Positions 57,853 to 64,000 of a stretch of 64,000 nt of DNA are shown piece by piece. Position 1 is the first letter of the stretch. The number at the start of each line of letters is the position of its first letter. The stretch lies in assembly GCF_009914755.1 (NCBI RefSeq), contig NC_060936.1. One strand, given 5' to 3'. A model generated the notes under the pieces. The model was given only the letters and a program-made list of their open reading frames with translations, did no database searches and was not told the origin of the DNA. A program made the translations under genes and the position numbers. Source of the stretch: the human T2T-CHM13v2.0 reference genome, Homo sapiens.

Positions 57853-58224
57853 TAATATGATTTGGTTGTGTCCCCACTCAAATCTCATCTTGAATTATAG
57901 TTCCCATAATCCCCATGTATTGTGGGAGGGACCCAGTGGGAGGTAATTGAATCATGGAGGCAGTTACGTTCATGCTGTTCTCATGATAGTGAGTGAGTTC
58001 TCATGAGATCTGACTGCTTTATAAGGGGTGTTACCCCTTTTACTCATTCTTCTTCTCCCTGCTGCCAAGTGAAGAAGGACATATTGCTTCCCCTTCTGCC
58101 TTGACTGTTAGTTTCCTGAGGCCTCCTCAGCCATGCTGAACTGTGAGTCAATTAAACCTCTTTCCTTTACAAATTACCCACTCTCAGGTATGTCTTCATA
58201 GCAGTGTGAAAATGGACTAATACA
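57853..58224 (+). mobile_element. THE1 solo LTR
   Basis: taatatgatttggttgtgtcccc...ggactaataca. Confidence 0.88.
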
Positions 58225-58254
58225 ACTCCACTTCTGAGATTCCGATTCAGTGGG

Positions 58255-58712
58255 TATGGTAGGCCCAATAACTGTCCCCCAGAGATGACCAAGTCCTAAA
58301 TCTCATAACCTGTAAATATATTGCTTTATATTGCAGAAAGGCCTTTGCAGATGCCATGAAGGGTCTTGAGATGGGGAGACTGTACTGGAGAGTCTGTAAT
58401 CACCCACTGTAATCACAGGGTCTTCATAAGAGAGAGGCAGGGTGTTTAGCCTTAGCAGCAGGAAATGTGATGTCAGAGGCAAAACATGGGAGTGACATGA
58501 GGAAGGGGCCGCTAGCCAGGGAATGCAGGTGTGCTTTAGATGCTATAAAAGCAATAAAATGGATTTCCCCTTCAGGTCTCCAAAAAGAATGTAGCCCTGC
58601 TGACTCCTTGATTTTAGAATGTTGACTTTCGGAACTCTAAGAATAATTTTGCTTTGGTTTAAGCCACTACGTTTCTGGTGATTTGTTACCAAAGAAATAG
58701 GAAATGAATACA
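58255..58712 (+). mobile_element. MLT1D-type LTR
   Basis: ggcctttgcagatg..tcttgagatgggga..gccagggaatgcagg..ttaagccact..ggaaatgaataca. Confidence 0.8.
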
Positions 58713-58724
58713 GTAGATATCTCA

Positions 58725-59199
58725 GGTAGGGTTTCCAGGAAATAGACTCCGGAATAGAGTTAAGCTTACATATGCAGGGCTCAGCACAGTGCTCTAGGAA
58801 CGGATTTCCTAGATTCTAGAAAGAGTCGCTTGAGGTCTCCTTTGTAAACATGTTTATTAAGAAGTCCCTCATCACCAATGCAGGGAAGGAAAGGAAGCAG
58901 GAGAGGGCAGAAGAAGAAGTCAAGGCCATTGTAGGTGCAACTGCACCCATGGGGTGCTCTGGCACCAGGAAGAAACTTCAGAGGTGCTCAAAATCAGACA
59001 GAGATGGCCAGACCTTTATGGGGCTGAATACATCAGTCACTGGATGAAGTATGCTCTGGGAAGGGTGTACCTTGGGGAAGGTAGCTTCTGCGGTCTTGGG
59101 CTATAGCTTAAGGCTATTTTCTGACATCCCTGCCATCATCTGTGCAATAGGTGTTGTGTTGAAGGAGGATCTGGGCAGCCCTTCACAGTATCCCCCACA
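58725..59199 (-). mobile_element. LTR33-like ERVL LTR
   Basis: Reverse complement begins tgtgggggatactgtg..gctgcccagatcctccttca, like LTR33. Confidence 0.55.
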
Positions 59200-59359
59200 G
59201 GAATTCCAGCATAGACCCCAAAGGGCTACATTTTTAAGGACCCCAGGGGATTTGATGGCCACACTTTCAGCAACTTGGATTCATGCAAGAGACATTATTC
59301 TAGTGGGTGCAAAAATAATTAATTAAGAAACAGAAAGGGTGTGAGCATATTTGTACCTG

Positions 59360-60494
59360 GGATAGGTAGGCTGAATAATGGCCCACAAAAGATGTTTACA
59401 TCTGTATTAGGGTTCTCCAGTGAAACAAAACCAATAGGACACACACACACACACACACACACACGTATATATGTACACACACGCATGTATATATGCACAC
59501 ATACATGCATGTGTACACATAAATACTACACACATACGTGTGTATATATAAATATATATACACACATATGCCTGTGTAAATATATATACATACACACACA
59601 CGAGATTTATGGCAAGGAATTGGCTTATACAATTATGGAGGCTGCCAAGCCCTAAGATCTGCAGGCTGAGCTGGCAAGATGGAGATACAAGAGAGCCAAT
59701 GATTTTGTTCTTGTTCCAGTCCAGAGGTCTGAGGACCAGGAGAGGGAATGCTGCAATTCCAGCTCCAAGGTTGACTGGCTTGAGATTCAAGAAGAGTCAA
59801 TATTTCATTTTAAGTCTAAAGGGAGGAGAAAGCCAATGTCCTGATTGAAGGTCAAAAGGCTGGATAATTCTGTCTTACTCAGGGAAATCAGCCTTTTTGT
59901 TCTATTCAGGCCTTCAATGGATTGGATAAGCATAGACAATCTGCTTTACATAGTTTACCAATTTAAGAGTTAATTTTACCTAAAAACACTCACACAGACA
60001 CACTCAGAATAATGTGGATCAAATAACTGAGCACCCCATAGACTAGTCAAGGTGACACATAAAATGAACCATTACTGTGTCCTAATCCCTGGAATCAGTG
60101 AATGTGTTACTGTACATGACAAAAGGTATTTTGCAAATCCTGACATTGGCTATTATCTGGATATTTCAGGATTTATTTAAGGAGGGTTAGCGTCAAAGAA
60201 GGAAATGTGATGATGAAGCAGAGGTCATGGAGGAGAGAAGTTAGCTACACGGCTGGCTTTGAAGATTGTGGGAAAGGCCATGGGACAAGAAATTTCTGTG
60301 TTTTCTGGAAGCTAGAAAAGATATGGAAACATATGATCATCTAGAGCCTGCAAGAGGAATGCAGACCTGGAGATCAAGGTTGATACCTTGATTCAAGACT
60401 TCAGACCTCTAGAACCATAAGATAATAAATCTGTGTTGTTTTAAGCCACTGAGTTTGTAGTAATCTATTGTAGTAGTGACAGGAAATTAACACA
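59360..60494 (+). mobile_element. MLT1C/D-type LTR, split by MLT2
   Basis: ggtaggctgaataatggccc | gtcctaatccctggaa..gctggctttgaagat..ttaagccact..ggaaattaacaca. Confidence 0.75.
59403..60076 (-). mobile_element. MLT2 solo LTR with (CA/TA)n tract
   Basis: tgtattagggttctccag..ccaatagga..gtcaaggtgacacataaaatgaaccatt. Confidence 0.85.
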
Positions 60495-60655
60495 GTATCT
60501 TCAACTCATAATGCAGAACAGGTAATAAAAGCTATAATCATCTACCCTAATTCAGATTTTTATTTATCAAATCTTTTGGGACATTGATATACATCGACTT
60601 TACTTACAATTCATTTACAATTAATTATCTTGGGAATTATGTAGTGGGACCAATT

Positions 60656-60853
<198 letters not shown>

Positions 60854-61079
60854 CAGGTATTTTTATCTGTGGCCAAAGTATTTCTGGTGACACATTAATA
60901 ACCAAGCTCTTTTGAGAAGGATCCAAGTTGAACTATCCCTTTCCCTAATTTTTTTTTTTTTTTTTTTTGGTAGAGATTGGGCTCTCACTGTGTTGCCCAG
61001 GCTGGGAGGATTACAAGCCTAATTCTTCTTTATGTTAAATAGGGTCAGACCAGATTTTCCAGGTGAGTAGGTGGGAGGG

Positions 61080-61302
61080 TAGCATAATGGTTAAACACAC
61101 ACACACTGAAGCTGGACTTACTGTTTCACTGTGTGACCTTGAGCAAGTAATTTAGTCTTCTAATACCGTGGTGTCCTCACATGTTAAATGAAGATAATCA
61201 TGCACAACTTATAGGTTACTGTGCAATTACCTGGGCCAATATGTGCAAAGTGCTTAGAATAGTTTTGACTTACTGTACGAGCTCAATAAATTTTTGCTGT
61301 CA
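61080..61302 (+). mobile_element. MIR
   Basis: ctgtgtgaccttgagcaagt..gtgcttagaatag..gctcaataaat. Confidence 0.7.
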
Positions 61303-61714
61303 TTAAAATACATGTATGCATTAAAAACAGCCCTTTCTGGCAAGAATGTGAAGCTTGGCCTTCTCCTGATGTGGTTTGTTTAGGACTCACTGATCCAGAA
61401 TCATTTGAGTTTCCATGCAGAGTACCTAGCAATCATTGTGAATACACAACGAACTACTGGACCACTTCATTCTGGCAGAAATTTTGGGTTTTGAGAAAAA
61501 TGCTCTCATTTACTGAAATCAGGTTGGGAGCATACAATGTTAATGATTTCTACACAAATATCAACTCTTCAGATATTAGCTTTGTAGTAATAATGCTTTG
61601 GGTTTAAGAATTGTAAAAATTTCCCATTGCCAATATAAATTACTTTTTTGTTGTTGTTAGGAGAAGCAGTATAATATAGTGGCTAAATATCAGACATGGG
61701 AAGTGAAAAGTTGC

Positions 61715-62092
61715 TGATATGGGTTGGCTCTGTCCCCACCCAAATCTCATCTTGAATTGTAGTTCCCATAATCCCCACATGTGTCAAGAAAGGGACCAGG
61801 CGGGAGGTAATTGAAAAAGGGGGGCAGTTATCCTCATGCTGTTCTCATGATAGTGAGTGAGTTCTCACGAGATCTGATGGCTTTATAAGGGGCTATTCCC
61901 CCTTTGCTCAGCACTTCTCCTTCCTGCCGCCATGTGAAGAAGGACAGGTTTGCTTCCCCTTTCTCCATGATTGTTAAGTTTCCTGAGACCTCCCCAGCCA
62001 TAATGAACTGTGAGTCAATTACACCTCTTTCCCTTATAAATTACCCAGTCTTGGGTGTATCTTTATTAGCAGCGCGAGAATGGACTAATATA
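61715..62092 (+). mobile_element. THE1 solo LTR
   Basis: tgatatgggttggctc...ggactaatata; TSD gttgc. Confidence 0.9.
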
Positions 62093-62899
62093 GTTGCATT
62101 TGAAGTTCAGATCCACTGCCTACCACTGAGAAATCACTGGCTAGATATGCAAACTCCATGAGCCTCAGTTTCTTTACCTGTTATAGGAACAAGAACAGCA
62201 CATGCCCCATGGGGTGGTTAGGGGATTAAATGACACCCTTTGCACAGAGCCCTCCATGTGGCAAGAGCCTTGTAGCTATGAGTCATTGTCCTTATTTAGG
62301 GACCATCAGACCCTTCCTTTAATTAACAATAAAAAAGAGCTTCTCATCAGCATGATTGGTTCCTTCCTTATCAGGGTGGACGAGGCCTCTTGGTGGAGAC
62401 CATGCATATGTGGCTCCCTGTATGTCCTTCCCCAGTCACACTCCCATTCTGTCCCCCCAACCCATTCCTTAGCTCCTCAAGCATCCAGCTCCTCCTTGCC
62501 ATCATGGCTTTGTTACACTGCTTCAGCCTGGAGCGCTCTTTTCCCATCTTGTTTTTGGGACAGCCTCACCCTTCAAGACCCCACTCAGGTGTGATCTCTG
62601 CTGTGAAGCTTTTCTGATCTCCTCCCTGACCCCCTGCCACAGGGTAGAGTTCATCACCACATTCTCTAAACTTCTTTGGTGCCTGGCAGTTCTCCTTTTT
62701 GCACTCCTCTCTTGATGGACTCTGTTGGGTGAGAAGTCTGTTTCTTGCAAAACCTGCGAGCTCTCAGGGGAATATTCACATCTCAGTCCTCCTTGGCTTC
62801 TGAGCAGATGGCAGTGCCTGCCATGTGTCGATACTACAATGCCTATTGAATGAATGACATTAGGCTCCATTTGATTTTGCCCCTATCTCTTAGTCCATG

Positions 62900-63770
<871 letters not shown>

Positions 63771-64000
63771 ATTTTATTTTAATTTTATTTTGTCTGCTCA
63801 GAAAACTTTCCTTTTCCCACTTTTCTGATAAAGAGGGTATGAATTCCCTCCCCTGGCCAAAGAGGGCACATGGCGCTACTGGGGCCAATCATGTAGGCAT
63901 GAGACCCAGGCCTGGCCTCTCTGAGTCTTTCTATGGGACTTTATGGTTGCAATTGTACTTTTGGAGTCATAGGTTAGAAGGAGGGAGCTGGGGCCTCTGG

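Noticed and set aside
59319-59790. Cys/Val/Tyr/His-rich ORFs and Z-DNA-like tract
   Set aside because: (CA/TA)n microsatellite typical of MLT2 LTRs

Overview
Primate (human-like) genomic DNA, largely non-coding and more than half transposon-derived (Alu J/S/Y, L1, L2, MIR, many MaLR and ERV1/ERVK solo LTRs, DNA transposons). I cannot support any intact protein-coding gene: the ORF track is explained by Alu, L1, LTR, simple-repeat or GC-rich sequence. Landmarks: (1) a CpG-island promoter at ~10.06-10.82 kb with NRF1-like motifs repeated at an exact 77-bp period, a GC box, an ETS site, a strong G4 motif and a nearby full CRE; (2) a ~6-kb nest of seven ERV LTRs beside it (11.15-16.94 kb), including a MER41B that keeps one GAS (STAT) site; (3) an old, heavily disabled processed retrocopy of the MIA2/cTAGE5 family on the minus strand (~49.12-51.30 kb) with an in-frame 135-bp internal duplication and an L1PA insertion; (4) mechanistic footprints: an L1 3' transduction, a twin-primed inverted L1, and a ~49-bp insertion copied from 1.19 kb away. 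Repeat subfamily names come from recalled consensus sequences and need RepeatMasker/Dfam confirmation. The exact locus and host gene were not identified.
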